Below, piece by piece: positions 22,754 through 33,483 of a stretch of DNA of 64,000 bases. Position 1 is the first letter of the stretch. Each line of letters starts with the position of its first letter. The DNA is taken from NCBI GenBank assembly GCA_029268695.1, contig JAQWNJ010000014.1, positions 751-64,750 of the forward strand. Direction: 5' to 3'. Source of the DNA: Bacteroidia bacterium. GTDB taxonomy: Bacteria > Bacteroidota > Bacteroidia > NS11-12g > UBA9320. Position numbers and translations under genes: made by a program. Under the pieces are notes generated by a model, which worked only from the letters and a program-made list of their open reading frames with translations, searched no databases and had not been told where the DNA came from.

Positions 22754-23956
22754 TTACTGAAAATCTGTTGTCAGCTTAAATCGGAGAATTCTTCCATTTC
22801 CAGTATCACATACCCACAAAATTCTATTTTTATAAGCAATAGAAGTTGGCCCATTAAACTGAGAAAGTCCGTCTCCTCTACCCCCAAAGCTTGCCATTTG
22901 ATATTTACTAGTAGCTGACCCAACAGGTGGTTTTATTCCTTCAAGTCCTGTTACTGTGAACTGGTACAATGAATCTTTCATCTGGTCTAAAACGAAAATA
23001 TAATTTGTACCGTCACCAGTGATAATTGTGGAAACAGGTTTTGAAAACTTGTCAGGAGAAGTTAAACTACCATCAGCAATTGTTGTGTCAGTCTCAAAAA
23101 GTATTCTTGGCTCATAGCTTGCTCCGAAATCAGTCTCTATATAATCAATAACTTGTACCTTGATAGACGTATTTTCAGATAATGAAGTAAAAACAAAATG
23201 ATCGGGCCCACCAGCCGAAATCTGAGGTGGTTGGACAGAACTCGATATTCCCATTGGGCTTTTAAAATAGTCACGAAAAAAACCATTGGGGGTATTGACA
23301 ACAACTGGTGTTATGTATGTCCCATCTTCTTCAAACAATAAGATTGCATCATCTGGACCTCCAAATTTTTGTGGATTATTATCAATTCCAGATCGAGTAA
23401 CATAAAATCGATTATCTTCTAGAACTGCTATCTTGTTAAATTGAACTTTATCGTCACTCCCAGAGAAAGTACTTTTAAAATATAACGGATGGGCTATTGT
23501 ATCTACTACTCGCGCATACTCTATTCCAAATTCATTGCCATTGCCGTGCATATCAATACGATAAATACAGGCAATATCTTTTGTAACACCCCCAACTATT
23601 CGTTGACTTGAACCAATTGCTAGTAAATCCAATTTTCTATTTTGAGCTACAGATTTAACTCCATTCAACTGAAAACGACCCAGTTCTCTGCCACTTTCGT
23701 CTAAGGATATTATTTCCTCTGAAGCTCCATCAACTAAATAAATCAATTCGTCAAATCCAGTAATGATATCTATTGGATTTTGATATTTTTTAATGACTGG
23801 CTCAACAGGTACATAAGCTACTTCTCGAGGCAAATATTCAGGAACCTCAATAAAATCTAAATCTGTTTTTTTGCCAAAAAACCCATCACAACCTAAGATT
23901 AACAATAGTCCTAATGACCAAAAATAATTTTTATTTAAGTTATTAATCTGAATCAT
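22754..23956 (-). CDS. Lipoprotein with NHL/beta-propeller repeats
   Basis: Lipobox LILGC; C-terminal GGRGDGLSQFNGPTSIA...VCDTGNGRILRF NHL repeat. Confidence 0.75.
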   Translation of the reverse strand: MIQINNLNKNYFWSLGLLLILGCDGFFGKKTDLDFIEVPEYLPREVAYVPVEPVIKKYQNPIDIITGFDELIYLVDGASEEIISLDESGRELGRFQLNGVKSVAQNRKLDLLAIGSSQRIVGGVTKDIACIYRIDMHGNGNEFGIEYARVVDTIAHPLYFKSTFSGSDDKVQFNKIAVLEDNRFYVTRSGIDNNPQKFGGPDDAILLFEEDGTYITPVVVNTPNGFFRDYFKSPMGISSSVQPPQISAGGPDHFVFTSLSENTSIKVQVIDYIETDFGASYEPRILFETDTTIADGSLTSPDKFSKPVSTIITGDGTNYIFVLDQMKDSLYQFTVTGLEGIKPPVGSATSKYQMASFGGRGDGLSQFNGPTSIAYKNRILWVCDTGNGRILRFKLTTDFQ

Positions 23957-24948
23957 CGTTGGTCATTGTTAAAAGGGATAGATAATCCAACTAAATGCTG
24001 AACTCCCATTCGACTGGTTGGATTAACTGCATAATCAATGTATAAAGGATGTATCCCCAACCTTGTTTTGACACCAATACCTGCGGTAGGATAGTTTTGA
24101 CCTTGAACACTTAATTTATAACCAAGTCTAGTAAAAAGTAAGTCTCGGAAGCTCAACTCCCCTCCCAACCGAATATTTTCTGCATTGTCACTTGGATGGT
24201 TCAACTCAGCTGAAGCAACCAATTTTTTTGATTTACTCTCATATGGAACAAATGAAAACCCCATCTTAAATATAGTTGGTGTAGTATACTTACTCAATAC
24301 AACATCTGTACGATTGAAAGTTGTCTCTAAATCAGAACCTATCATTTGGGAATTCCCTCCAAAGTTTTTGACCACTACTGCAAATGTTAAATCCTTGTAA
24401 TCTGTTGTATACAAAAATCCAATATCCGCTGTAACTGTATGATTGGTGTATGTAGAAATTCCTTCATAAATATATTTGAGACCTATTCCAATATTGAAAT
24501 TTTCGGAGAGTTTTCTCGCATAATTTATACCTAGGGCTGTATTGTTAGCATAGAACAATTGCCCTGTCCCATTAGGCTCGAATTCTGTTCTAACTTCCAT
24601 GGCTCCCGCATTTAGACTATTCACATTAAATCCAATAACTGAGCCATCATCTAACTTGAATCCTGAGGCTAAAAAACTTTGATGTATTCCAGCACCAACA
24701 GACAAATTACTCAATGCGATACCAGGACCATTGATTTGAACCAGAGCTGCTGGATTATTCTCAGTACTGTAAAGATTCCCTTTATTTGCTATGCTTGCAC
24801 TTGCCATTGCAAATGAAACAGGGCTTAAATCATTCTTCAGAAAACTCAACGCGGATAACCCTGCTCGTTGACCACCAAAATTGGGAAGCAATTGAGCTTG
24901 ACTCAATAACGAGGATAAACTTAAAAATAGTAATAGACCCTTTTTCAA
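23953..24948 (-). CDS. PorV/PorQ-family outer-membrane beta-barrel (probable TTG start at 24948)
   Basis: Signal peptide, then RAGLSALSFLK...AMASA...NNPAAL, DIGFLY and ELNHPSDNAEN motifs characteristic of PorV/PorQ (UPF0164-like) barrels. Confidence 0.8.
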   Translation of the reverse strand: MKKGLLLFLSLSSLLSQAQLLPNFGGQRAGLSALSFLKNDLSPVSFAMASASIANKGNLYSTENNPAALVQINGPGIALSNLSVGAGIHQSFLASGFKLDDGSVIGFNVNSLNAGAMEVRTEFEPNGTGQLFYANNTALGINYARKLSENFNIGIGLKYIYEGISTYTNHTVTADIGFLYTTDYKDLTFAVVVKNFGGNSQMIGSDLETTFNRTDVVLSKYTTPTIFKMGFSFVPYESKSKKLVASAELNHPSDNAENIRLGGELSFRDLLFTRLGYKLSVQGQNYPTAGIGVKTRLGIHPLYIDYAVNPTSRMGVQHLVGLSIPFNNDQR

Positions 24949-25047
24949 AATACAATGCGAAAATACGACTTGATTAACGGAAAATAGCATCAATATCTCA
25001 TCAATTAAGTTATGATTTATTATATTCGAACTATTAAACTCTATTTT

Positions 25048-26040
25048 ATGAAAACACTATTATTTATCCCATTGGTAATTTTTTCAACTAGTTTAAGTGC
25101 TCAATATTATACCTTCAATGCTTCAACTGATTTATATAAGGATTTAGACAAATCTAAATCCCTCAATAACAGCAGGACATGGCAGAACCCTCACTACGAT
25201 ATTCCAATTGCATTTGACTTTACGTTATATGACAAGACTATCAAAAAAATTATTCTTAACGGATTTGGATGGGGTGGTTCATTAACTTCAAGTACAAAAG
25301 GGATTTATACTCTATTGATTGCTTATGGATCAGACCTTGTAGATCGTGGATATAACATGATTAAAGATACCATTACTCAAGAATCTAAATCTAATATTTC
25401 ATACCAATTGGATAGTGTAAACAATAAAAAAATCTTAAAAATACAGTAGAAAAATGCTGGATTCTACCATGAATTAGCTGACGATAGTATATCATCTGAT
25501 TATACTAATTTTCAGCTATGGCTTTATGAAGAATCAAACGATATAGAATGGCACTTTGGTCCAAGTCGTATTTCAAAACCAAACCTATGTTACAACAATT
25601 ACTCGGGTACTTATATCGCTCTTTTCCCGATGTTTGATCATGGTATAAATGCTGTTTTAGGAAAAGGATATGTTCTTACTGGGGACCCCACAAATCCCAA
25701 ATTACTGTGGGTTAATAATCAAGAACCTCATCATATTGATGGTACAATCCCGAATGGAACGATTTACCGATTAAGCAGGCAAAGCATTGGTTTAGACAAT
25801 CTAAACACCTCTGAAATTATACTATCCCCTAATCCAGTTAGAGAATCTTTCTCTATTTCATCAAATAACAACACCCCAGCAATTGAAAAAATAATAATTT
25901 ATAACGCTCAAGGTCAAATAGTAAAAAAAGTTAACTTCCTGAAAAATAAAATTGATGTTAGTAGTTTAATAAGAGGTGTATACTTAGTAAAAATAATCAC
26001 GGAAAAAGGATTATTTTTTAAAAAAATGGTGAAGGAATAA
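25048..26040 (+). pseudogene. T9SS type A CTD-containing secreted protein interrupted by in-frame TAG at 25447-25449
   Basis: The 145-aa and 136-aa ORFs are in the same frame. Read-through gives ILKIQ*KNAGFYHEL...NFQLWLYE...HFGPS...; the C-terminus has LSPNPVRE...GVYLVKI...KKMVKE. Confidence 0.85.
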
Positions 26041-26058
26041 CACGCTATAGGGAAATTG

Positions 26059-26811
26059 CTAATACTCCTTTTCTATAAATTCAGTTCTACATCTTAAGAT
26101 TTCATAGTAGAGGGTCAATTCATCAACCATTTCAATAAAACTGGGATGAAAACTACAAAAAGCCTTGAATCTTGCCAACTCCTCGTTCTCAAAACTTGTT
26201 AGCGTTGACACTACAAAATCATCAAACTTTTTGCCGTTTTCTCTACGTTGCTTGTCCTTAGCAAGCAGCATGGCATACTCTCTACGCTCTCTTCCAGACT
26301 TACTAAAACGATCATATAAATAAGTAATTGGGCTTCCCAAAACAGCACCCCCTTGAGCAGACCTATCTAATCCAATAAGTTCTTTTTTCATCTCAATAAT
26401 TCGAAGTTTTTCACGCACTTTGTCTGCATCTGACTTCCCCAAATCATTACTCACAAACTTGCGATCAAACAAAGAACGTTCACCTAAAATTGAAAACTTA
26501 ACCTCCCTCAAATCGTAGGTTCTAGGTTGCAGATAAAACACCAAATCTTTTCTATCCACAAACTCAGAAGGCATTATTCTTAACGTATCGTATACTAAAT
26601 GTGAAATAGTAATTTCTGACTCTGGCTCATAGTCAATGGTAATCAAACCATCTACATTAGTTAATAAAGACTCTCCATGACTATTAGTTACCTTGGCATA
26701 TAATACAGGTTCTCCATTTACCAAAGATTTAAATGTGGCTGTAAATGTATTGGATTGAGAATACCCCCGTCCAAATACCAAAATCATTAAAAAAATTAAT
26801 ACGTGTCTCAA
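26059..26811 (-). CDS. Carboxypeptidase-like regulatory domain-containing secreted protein
   Basis: Signal peptide, GEPVLYAKV...TNVDG...ISHLVYDT and SPITYLYDRFSKSGR motifs. Confidence 0.7.
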   Translation of the reverse strand: MRHVLIFLMILVFGRGYSQSNTFTATFKSLVNGEPVLYAKVTNSHGESLLTNVDGLITIDYEPESEITISHLVYDTLRIMPSEFVDRKDLVFYLQPRTYDLREVKFSILGERSLFDRKFVSNDLGKSDADKVREKLRIIEMKKELIGLDRSAQGGAVLGSPITYLYDRFSKSGRERREYAMLLAKDKQRRENGKKFDDFVVSTLTSFENEELARFKAFCSFHPSFIEMVDELTLYYEILRCRTEFIEKEY

Positions 26812-26869
26812 ACTAATTCAGCCCTTGAACGTACAAATCAAGTAAATAGTTGCTTTACTTTTGTAATAA

Positions 26870-27268
26870 ATGACAAGATTTATAATAATTATGAGTATGC
26901 TGGCATTGAGCTTAAGTGCTTACAGCCAAAAAATAGATGTTAAAGCACTTTCTCCAAGTTCAGGTAGCTACGATAATATTCACATAAAAAAAATAGCTGA
27001 AGACACCTTTCAAAGCAGCTATGTTATATGGGTCAAGAAACAAGTAAAACCCCACTATCATGCCCATCATTCTGAGTATATTCATGTTTTGGACGGGAGA
27101 GCTATTATGAGACTTGACTCATCAAATTTTACTATTCAAAAGGGAGATGTAATTTTCGTACCTCAGAAAAGTATTCACGCTGTCAAAACCCTTTCTAAAG
27201 AACCTCTTAAGGTGATTTCTATTCAAAGTCCTCTTTTTGATGGTGATCGGATATGGGTAAAAGAATAA
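26870..27268 (+). CDS. Secreted cupin-domain protein
   Basis: Signal peptide; PHYHAHHSEYIHVLDG and GDVIFVPQKSIHAV cupin motifs. Confidence 0.88.
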   Translation: MTRFIIIMSMLALSLSAYSQKIDVKALSPSSGSYDNIHIKKIAEDTFQSSYVIWVKKQVKPHYHAHHSEYIHVLDGRAIMRLDSSNFTIQKGDVIFVPQKSIHAVKTLSKEPLKVISIQSPLFDGDRIWVKE

Positions 27269-27311
27269 AGCATTTATAACACACAGATAGAATATTAATA
27301 TCTTTGCTAAA

Positions 27312-29120
27312 GTGGAGATTAAATCTAAAATAGCCCCAATAAAAGCCAAAATAAAAATACTTCCAAACGCCCCTGGTGTATATAAATATTTTGATAAAAA
27401 TGGTACAATCCTATACATTGGGAAGGCAAAAGATTTGAAAAAAAGAGTAAGCTCTTACTTCAACAAAAAACACTATGAAAATAAAAAAACCGAAATTCTT
27501 GTCCGTAAAATATGGGATATAAATGTGACTGTAGTCCCCACTGAAATCGATGCATTACTGCTTGAAAATAGTCTTATCAAAGAATTCAAACCCAAGTATA
27601 ACATCAACCTCAAAGACGATAAAACATTCCCATCAATTAAAATCACCAACGAGCGTTTTCCTAAAGTGTTTTCCGTCAGAAAAACCATTAAGGATGGAAG
27701 CACATATTATGGTCCCTATACCAACATCAAACTCATGCGTATCGTATTGGAATTGTGCAAAAAGATTTATCCGATCCGAAATTGCAACTTCAATCTATCA
27801 GAAAAAAATATCACTGCGGGTAAATTCAAGGTATGCCTTGAATACCAAATTGGTAATTGTAAGGGTGCTTGTGAGGGACTAGAAAGTGAAGAAGAATATT
27901 TAGAAAGTATTAAAGGCATTCGAAATATTCTAAGAGGGAATCTAAAAGAGGTTAAAGATCATCTTAAAAGTAAAATGGAACAAGCTTCTACTAACTGGCA
28001 GTTTGAAGAAGCAGGAAAATATAAAATCAAACTTGATATTCTAACTAACTATCAAAGCAGAAGCACAGTAGTAAATCCTAGAATTAATGACGTAGACGTA
28101 TATAATGTTGCACAAAATGACCGATATGCTTATGTGAATTATTTGAGAATCTCAAGGGGTATTATCATCCAATCTCGAAACTTGGAACTCAAGAAAAAAA
28201 TGAATGAAAGCACAGAGAAAATTTTAGAAACCGCACTGGGCGATATTAAAAATTCTGATATGGCTACCGAAACTTCAGAAATGATTGTTCCCATTCCTTT
28301 GGATATATCAGAGAACTATTTTATTCCTAAAAGTGGGGATAAAAAAAAACTACTTGAGCTGAGTTATAAAAACGCTCTACTCTACATGAAAGAAAAGACT
28401 AATCAATACGAAAAGCTAAACCCAGACTTAAAAAAAGAACGCTTACTAAACACGCTTCAAAAAGATTTAAGACTAAAAGATTTGCCCGTTCACATGGAAT
28501 GTTTTGATAATTCTAATTTTCAAGGATCATTTCCTGTCAGTGCATGTGTGGTATTTAAAAATGGCAAACCTAGCAAAAAAGAATACCGACATTTCAATAT
28601 CAAAACTGTGGAAGGTCCTAATGATTTTGCGAGTATGTATGAAGCATTAACCAGAAGATATTCCAAGCTAAATAAACAACAACATTCCTTACCTCAATTG
28701 ATCGTAATCGACGGCGGAAAAGGACAATTGTCAAGTTCAGTCAAAGCATTAAAAGATATAGGTATTTATGGAAAAGTTGCAATCATTGGTATTGCCAAAC
28801 GTCTAGAAGAAATTTACTACCCTGAAGATAATCTACCCTTGTATTTAGATAAAAAATCTGAAACACTTCGCATCATACAACACATGCGTGATGAAGCACA
28901 TCGCTTTGGAATAACACACCATCGAAACCAAAGAAGCAAAGGAACAATTGTTAGTAAGCTGACCGAAATAAAAGGAATCGGTAACGAAACTGCTGCCGAA
29001 TTGCTTCGCTCATTTAAATCTGTTACTAGAATCAAAAAATCTACATTAGAGGATATTGCCAAAGTAATTGGACCAGCAAAAGCATCTATTATTGTTAATT
29101 ATTATCGTGATCAACCTTAA
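27312..29120 (+). CDS. uvrC: Excinuclease ABC subunit C
   Basis: PGVY...YIGKAKDLKKRVSSYF GIY-YIG, ECFDNSN, LIVIDGGKGQL, RDEAHRFG and HhH motifs. Confidence 0.97.
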   Translation: MEIKSKIAPIKAKIKILPNAPGVYKYFDKNGTILYIGKAKDLKKRVSSYFNKKHYENKKTEILVRKIWDINVTVVPTEIDALLLENSLIKEFKPKYNINLKDDKTFPSIKITNERFPKVFSVRKTIKDGSTYYGPYTNIKLMRIVLELCKKIYPIRNCNFNLSEKNITAGKFKVCLEYQIGNCKGACEGLESEEEYLESIKGIRNILRGNLKEVKDHLKSKMEQASTNWQFEEAGKYKIKLDILTNYQSRSTVVNPRINDVDVYNVAQNDRYAYVNYLRISRGIIIQSRNLELKKKMNESTEKILETALGDIKNSDMATETSEMIVPIPLDISENYFIPKSGDKKKLLELSYKNALLYMKEKTNQYEKLNPDLKKERLLNTLQKDLRLKDLPVHMECFDNSNFQGSFPVSACVVFKNGKPSKKEYRHFNIKTVEGPNDFASMYEALTRRYSKLNKQQHSLPQLIVIDGGKGQLSSSVKALKDIGIYGKVAIIGIAKRLEEIYYPEDNLPLYLDKKSETLRIIQHMRDEAHRFGITHHRNQRSKGTIVSKLTEIKGIGNETAAELLRSFKSVTRIKKSTLEDIAKVIGPAKASIIVNYYRDQP

Positions 29121-30363
29121 TTCCTTTATTCAAAAACATGGGTTAAATGCGTTTAAAAAACTTGCATATCACCATGCATCCAAATATGACTACAGTTGTA
29201 TATTAGATAGCTGTGAACTTGATACTGGGGTACATCAAGGGAGATATGAATTTTTAGTCGCTTATGGAGCTGAAAGAGTATTCTATAATTTAGAAGAACT
29301 TGAAAAAACAGAACGAGATTCAGATTGGGTTTTTGGAATAATCGGATATGACCTGAAGAACAAATTTGAAAAACTATCCAGTCAAAATCCTAGCATTGTT
29401 GAAACACCTGAAATCACATTTTTTGTTCCTAAAATAGTGTTATCTATTGATAAAAATCAAAAAGCAACCCTTTTAAAAGGAAAGTTGACACAAACTTTTT
29501 GGAATTACAAAGAAGAACCTAGGGCTTTCAAAATTAATCCTGAAAAAAATCCAATTACAAAAAACACTTACATAAAAAAAATCACCCAAATTCAAGACTT
29601 AATCAAACAAGGGGAAGTCTATGAACTCAATTATTGTATCCCTCACGCATCAGACTATTTAGAGTTTTCTCCAATCGATTTTCAGCTTTCATTGATTAAT
29701 AAGTCACCAGTACCAATGGCTGCCTATTTTTCAGCAAATTCTTTACACCTCTGTGGTGCGAGTATGGAACGATACATAGCTAAAAATAAAAATGTATTAT
29801 TAAGTCAACCTATAAAAGGGACTATCAAAAAAGGGGAAACATTAGAAGAGGACCAAGAACTAATATCCGAATTGGTCAATTCTGAAAAAGACCGTGCAGA
29901 AAATGTAATGATTGTTGATTTAGTTCGAAATGACCTGAATAAAATTTGTCAAACTGCAACGGTAAAAGTTACTGAGTTATTTGAAATATACAGTTACCTT
30001 CAGGTTCATCAGATGATTTCTACCGTTGAAGGAAAATTAAACCCCAACACTAAATTTACAGATATTTTAAAAGCTACATTTCCAATGGGTAGTATGACAG
30101 GAGCCCCAAAAATATCGGCAATGAAGTATATCGATCAACTAGAATTCTTCAAGAGAGGTTGGTATAGTGGTTCTGTTGGATACATTGATCCTAATGGTGA
30201 TTTTGACTTCAATGTAGTTATCAGAAGTTTGCTATGTGATGAGGACAAAAAAACATTGAATTATTGTGCAGGTGGAGCAATTACAATAGACTCTATTCCT
30301 GAAAAAGAATGGGATGAAATTCAAGTTAAAACTAAAGCAATCACCGAAGTATTAAATAACTAA
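29107..30363 (+). CDS. pabB: Aminodeoxychorismate synthase component I / anthranilate synthase family (probable GTG start at 29107)
   Basis: PIKGT, SEKDRAENVMIVDLVRNDL, FPMGSMTGAPK and AGGAIT motifs. Confidence 0.85.
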   Translation: MINLNSFIQKHGLNAFKKLAYHHASKYDYSCILDSCELDTGVHQGRYEFLVAYGAERVFYNLEELEKTERDSDWVFGIIGYDLKNKFEKLSSQNPSIVETPEITFFVPKIVLSIDKNQKATLLKGKLTQTFWNYKEEPRAFKINPEKNPITKNTYIKKITQIQDLIKQGEVYELNYCIPHASDYLEFSPIDFQLSLINKSPVPMAAYFSANSLHLCGASMERYIAKNKNVLLSQPIKGTIKKGETLEEDQELISELVNSEKDRAENVMIVDLVRNDLNKICQTATVKVTELFEIYSYLQVHQMISTVEGKLNPNTKFTDILKATFPMGSMTGAPKISAMKYIDQLEFFKRGWYSGSVGYIDPNGDFDFNVVIRSLLCDEDKKTLNYCAGGAITIDSIPEKEWDEIQVKTKAITEVLNN

Positions 30364-30406
30364 TCACACATATGATTAAATTTGTTTAAATTAATTATCG
30401 AACAAC

Positions 30407-31357
30407 ATGGATACAATTATCTCATTAGATCTTGACGATTTCAAGAATGGAAGTCCTGATCAAAAGACAAAATTTGTTCAAGATTTAGGGCAGGCATACC
30501 AACAAATTGGTTTTGTTGCAGTTTATAATCATGAGTTAAGTGATGAATTAACCGCTAATTTGTATCAATCTACTCAAGAGTTTTATGCTCTCCCTTTGGA
30601 GACTAAAATGAAGTATCATATCAAAGGTCTAGCAGGGCAACGCGGCTTTACGTCATGGGGCTCAGAACATAGTAAAGATAGCAAAGTGGGAGATTTAAAA
30701 GAATTTTATCACTTTGGCCAAGAAATCCCAACGGAACTTGAAGGGCAGTATGATTACCCAAAAAATGTACTTAATGAAGAAGTCCCTTTATTTAATGAAA
30801 ATAGTTTAAAAGCATTCTCAGCTCTTCAAGAAACAGGTAAATACATGTTAAGAGCCATTGCATTATTCCTTAATTTAGAAGAATCGTACTTTGATTCATA
30901 TATAGCGTATGGGAATAGTATTTTACGCCCGATACATTATGGCCCAATAACAGAAGCTCCAAAAAATGCAGTACGAGCAGGACAGCACGAGGATATAAAT
31001 TTGATAACGCTACTCATGGGAGCAAGTGCTGAAGGTCTTGAAGTTTTAGATAAAAAAAATAATTGGATTCCAATCACTGCACTCCCTAATCAATTAGTTG
31101 TTAACGTTGGGGACATGCTTCAACGATTAACTAACAATGTCTTAAGAAGCACTACTCATCGAGTAGTAAATCCTCCAAAAGATCAATGGGGAACAACTCG
31201 ATTCTCTATCCCATTTTTCTTGCATCCTACATCAGAGATGAGGTTGGATTGTCTGGGCAATTGTGTCACCAAAGAAAATCCTAAGATGTATGAAGATATC
31301 TCTGCAGGTGAATTTTTGAATGAACGATTAATAGAAATTGGTCTAATAAAAAAGTAA
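30407..31357 (+). CDS. Isopenicillin N synthase-family 2OG-Fe(II) dioxygenase
   Basis: HEDINLIT (HxD), STTHRV and RFSIPFFLHP motifs. Confidence 0.9.
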   Translation: MDTIISLDLDDFKNGSPDQKTKFVQDLGQAYQQIGFVAVYNHELSDELTANLYQSTQEFYALPLETKMKYHIKGLAGQRGFTSWGSEHSKDSKVGDLKEFYHFGQEIPTELEGQYDYPKNVLNEEVPLFNENSLKAFSALQETGKYMLRAIALFLNLEESYFDSYIAYGNSILRPIHYGPITEAPKNAVRAGQHEDINLITLLMGASAEGLEVLDKKNNWIPITALPNQLVVNVGDMLQRLTNNVLRSTTHRVVNPPKDQWGTTRFSIPFFLHPTSEMRLDCLGNCVTKENPKMYEDISAGEFLNERLIEIGLIKK

Positions 31358-31417
31358 GCAAAAACAGCCCAATTATTCATCATTGAAGATCACTACTTAT
31401 TTATCTCGTGACTTAAT

Positions 31418-32761
31418 ATGAATTCTTTTGTAAAAGAAGTCATCAAGATAAGTTGGCCTATTATCATAGGGCAAATAGGTATGGTTCTTACTGGATTTTT
31501 TGATAGCCTAATGGTAGCAAAACTTGGGCACGAAGAGTTAGCTGCAGTAGGTATTAGCAATAGTATTTTTTTTCTATTAGCTATTTTCCCAATGGGCGTT
31601 ACCATGGCTTTTTCTACCATTACTGGGATACTGCAGGGAAATAAAAAAATATCGTTGTACCACTACTTTGTGAAGGATAGTTTTACCACCACTATCATTT
31701 TATCTGGTCTTATAAGTGTAGTCATATATATTATTACAAAAAACTTTGAATGGATTAATCAACCAGAAAATGTGACACAGATTTCTAAACCATACTTTAC
31801 TTTCCTCAATTGGTCTTTGATGCCAATGCTCATTTTTTTCTTTGCAAAAAATATAAGTGATGGTTTCAGTTATACAAAAGGAGGTATGTTTGTTACTATT
31901 TCAGCACTTTTTCTAAATATTTTCCTTAACTGGATATTAATATATGGTAAGCTAGGATTTACCGCATATGGCGTTAATGGTGCTGGATATGCTACAATAG
32001 TATCAAGAGTTTACATGGCTATTAGCATGTTAATTTTACTTTTTAACTCATCCGACACACCACTGAAATTTTCTACGTTTATTTCATCCCTAGGCAATTC
32101 ACATAGAATAAAATTTTATAAAAAAATCATCCGATTAGGGTTTCCCAGCGGATTGCAATACTTTTTTGAAGTAGCCGCTTTTGCAGGTGCAGCTGTAATG
32201 GCTGGATGGCTTGGAGCTAGAGAGTTGGCAGCCCATCAGTTAGCAATAACCATTGCATCCTTTACATACATGTTTGCTGGAGGAATTGCTGCTGGAGGAA
32301 GCATATGTGTGGCAAAAGCCTATGGAAATAAAAATTTTAATCATGTAAAAAAATATGGAAAAGCATCCTGGCAAATTGGATTTATTGTCATGAGTTTTTT
32401 TGCTATTATTTTTTTGTTTTTCAATCATTCTCTGGCTCAATTATTTTCTGATAATGAAGACATAATTCAAATGGGTGCCCAACTTTTAATTATCGCAGCT
32501 ATCTTTCAACTAAGTGACGGGATTCAAGCAATATCTGTTGCTTTATTAAGAGGTATCACAGATGTAAAACTTCCTAGTTTTTTTATATTCATGGCCTACT
32601 GGGTTATTGCTATCCCCATGGGATTCATCCTCTCTAAGTCATCCGAATATGACTATTGGTTGACTGGATTGAATGGTATCTGGATTGCTTTAAGTTTAGG
32701 GCTAACTATATCTGCAGTAGGTCTCTCATATCGTTTTTATTTTTTACTTCGTAGATCATGA
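31418..32761 (+). CDS. MATE-family efflux transporter (NorM-like)
   Basis: About 12 hydrophobic segments; DSLMVAKLG, LAAHQLA and FQLSDGIQ motifs. Confidence 0.92.
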   Translation: MNSFVKEVIKISWPIIIGQIGMVLTGFFDSLMVAKLGHEELAAVGISNSIFFLLAIFPMGVTMAFSTITGILQGNKKISLYHYFVKDSFTTTIILSGLISVVIYIITKNFEWINQPENVTQISKPYFTFLNWSLMPMLIFFFAKNISDGFSYTKGGMFVTISALFLNIFLNWILIYGKLGFTAYGVNGAGYATIVSRVYMAISMLILLFNSSDTPLKFSTFISSLGNSHRIKFYKKIIRLGFPSGLQYFFEVAAFAGAAVMAGWLGARELAAHQLAITIASFTYMFAGGIAAGGSICVAKAYGNKNFNHVKKYGKASWQIGFIVMSFFAIIFLFFNHSLAQLFSDNEDIIQMGAQLLIIAAIFQLSDGIQAISVALLRGITDVKLPSFFIFMAYWVIAIPMGFILSKSSEYDYWLTGLNGIWIALSLGLTISAVGLSYRFYFLLRRS

Positions 32762-33483
32762 AATTTATTTATATACTTACATTACTTCTTTCTTCAATAT
32801 GTTCACTAGCACAGTCTACTATCGGTATAATTATTGAGCCAAGTTTTAATGTCCCTCAATTTAAAAAATCTTCTCAATCAGATTCTATAAAAGGCATTTC
32901 AAATACAGATTTAACATTAAGTTTTGGACTAGAAATTAAAAAAAAATTGGATCGATACAACGCAATAAGTTTTATTCCGGGGTTCCTTCAAACTAATTTA
33001 CTAACTGTAAAAGAAAATCTTCAATTTTTAGACTTAATACACCCCTCACTACCTGAGATAAAAGATCTAACACAATCAGCAAATAAGATTGCTCGAGTGA
33101 GATATAGGTTCCAATATATTGGAACACAGATACTTTATAATAGACAACTTAAGTTGAGAAAGATACCCCCTAAGTTCAACGTAGAAATTGGCGGGGGGAT
33201 GGGTTTACACTATCTAATCGACCACTCAGTAAAGATAAAGACAGAAGGTTTTGCATTAAATAACAAATTTGTTCATGTTATAGAAAACGAAACGGGATTA
33301 GACCCAAACCCTATATTAATTCAGGCACTTATAAATGTCAATTTACTTTATGAGGTTACTCCAAAATTTACCTTAAACGCGGGTTTTAAAACCGGACTTC
33401 CTATTACAAATACAAACAATGAATCTTTTGCATTTAGGATATACAACAATGGTTTAAGAATAGGAATAACCAAGTTAATTTAG
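32758..33483 (+). CDS. Probable outer-membrane beta-barrel protein
   Basis: Signal peptide ending LAQ; alternating amphipathic strands; C-terminal GLRIGITKLI. Confidence 0.6.
   Translation: MKFIYILTLLLSSICSLAQSTIGIIIEPSFNVPQFKKSSQSDSIKGISNTDLTLSFGLEIKKKLDRYNAISFIPGFLQTNLLTVKENLQFLDLIHPSLPEIKDLTQSANKIARVRYRFQYIGTQILYNRQLKLRKIPPKFNVEIGGGMGLHYLIDHSVKIKTEGFALNNKFVHVIENETGLDPNPILIQALINVNLLYEVTPKFTLNAGFKTGLPITNTNNESFAFRIYNNGLRIGITKLI

Noticed and set aside
29107..32761. pabB + IPNS-like oxygenase + MATE as a secondary-metabolite cluster
   Set aside because: No scaffold-forming enzyme is present; each family is common and dispersed in Bacteroidota; the oxygenase has its own TAAATTTG element at 30377-30384.
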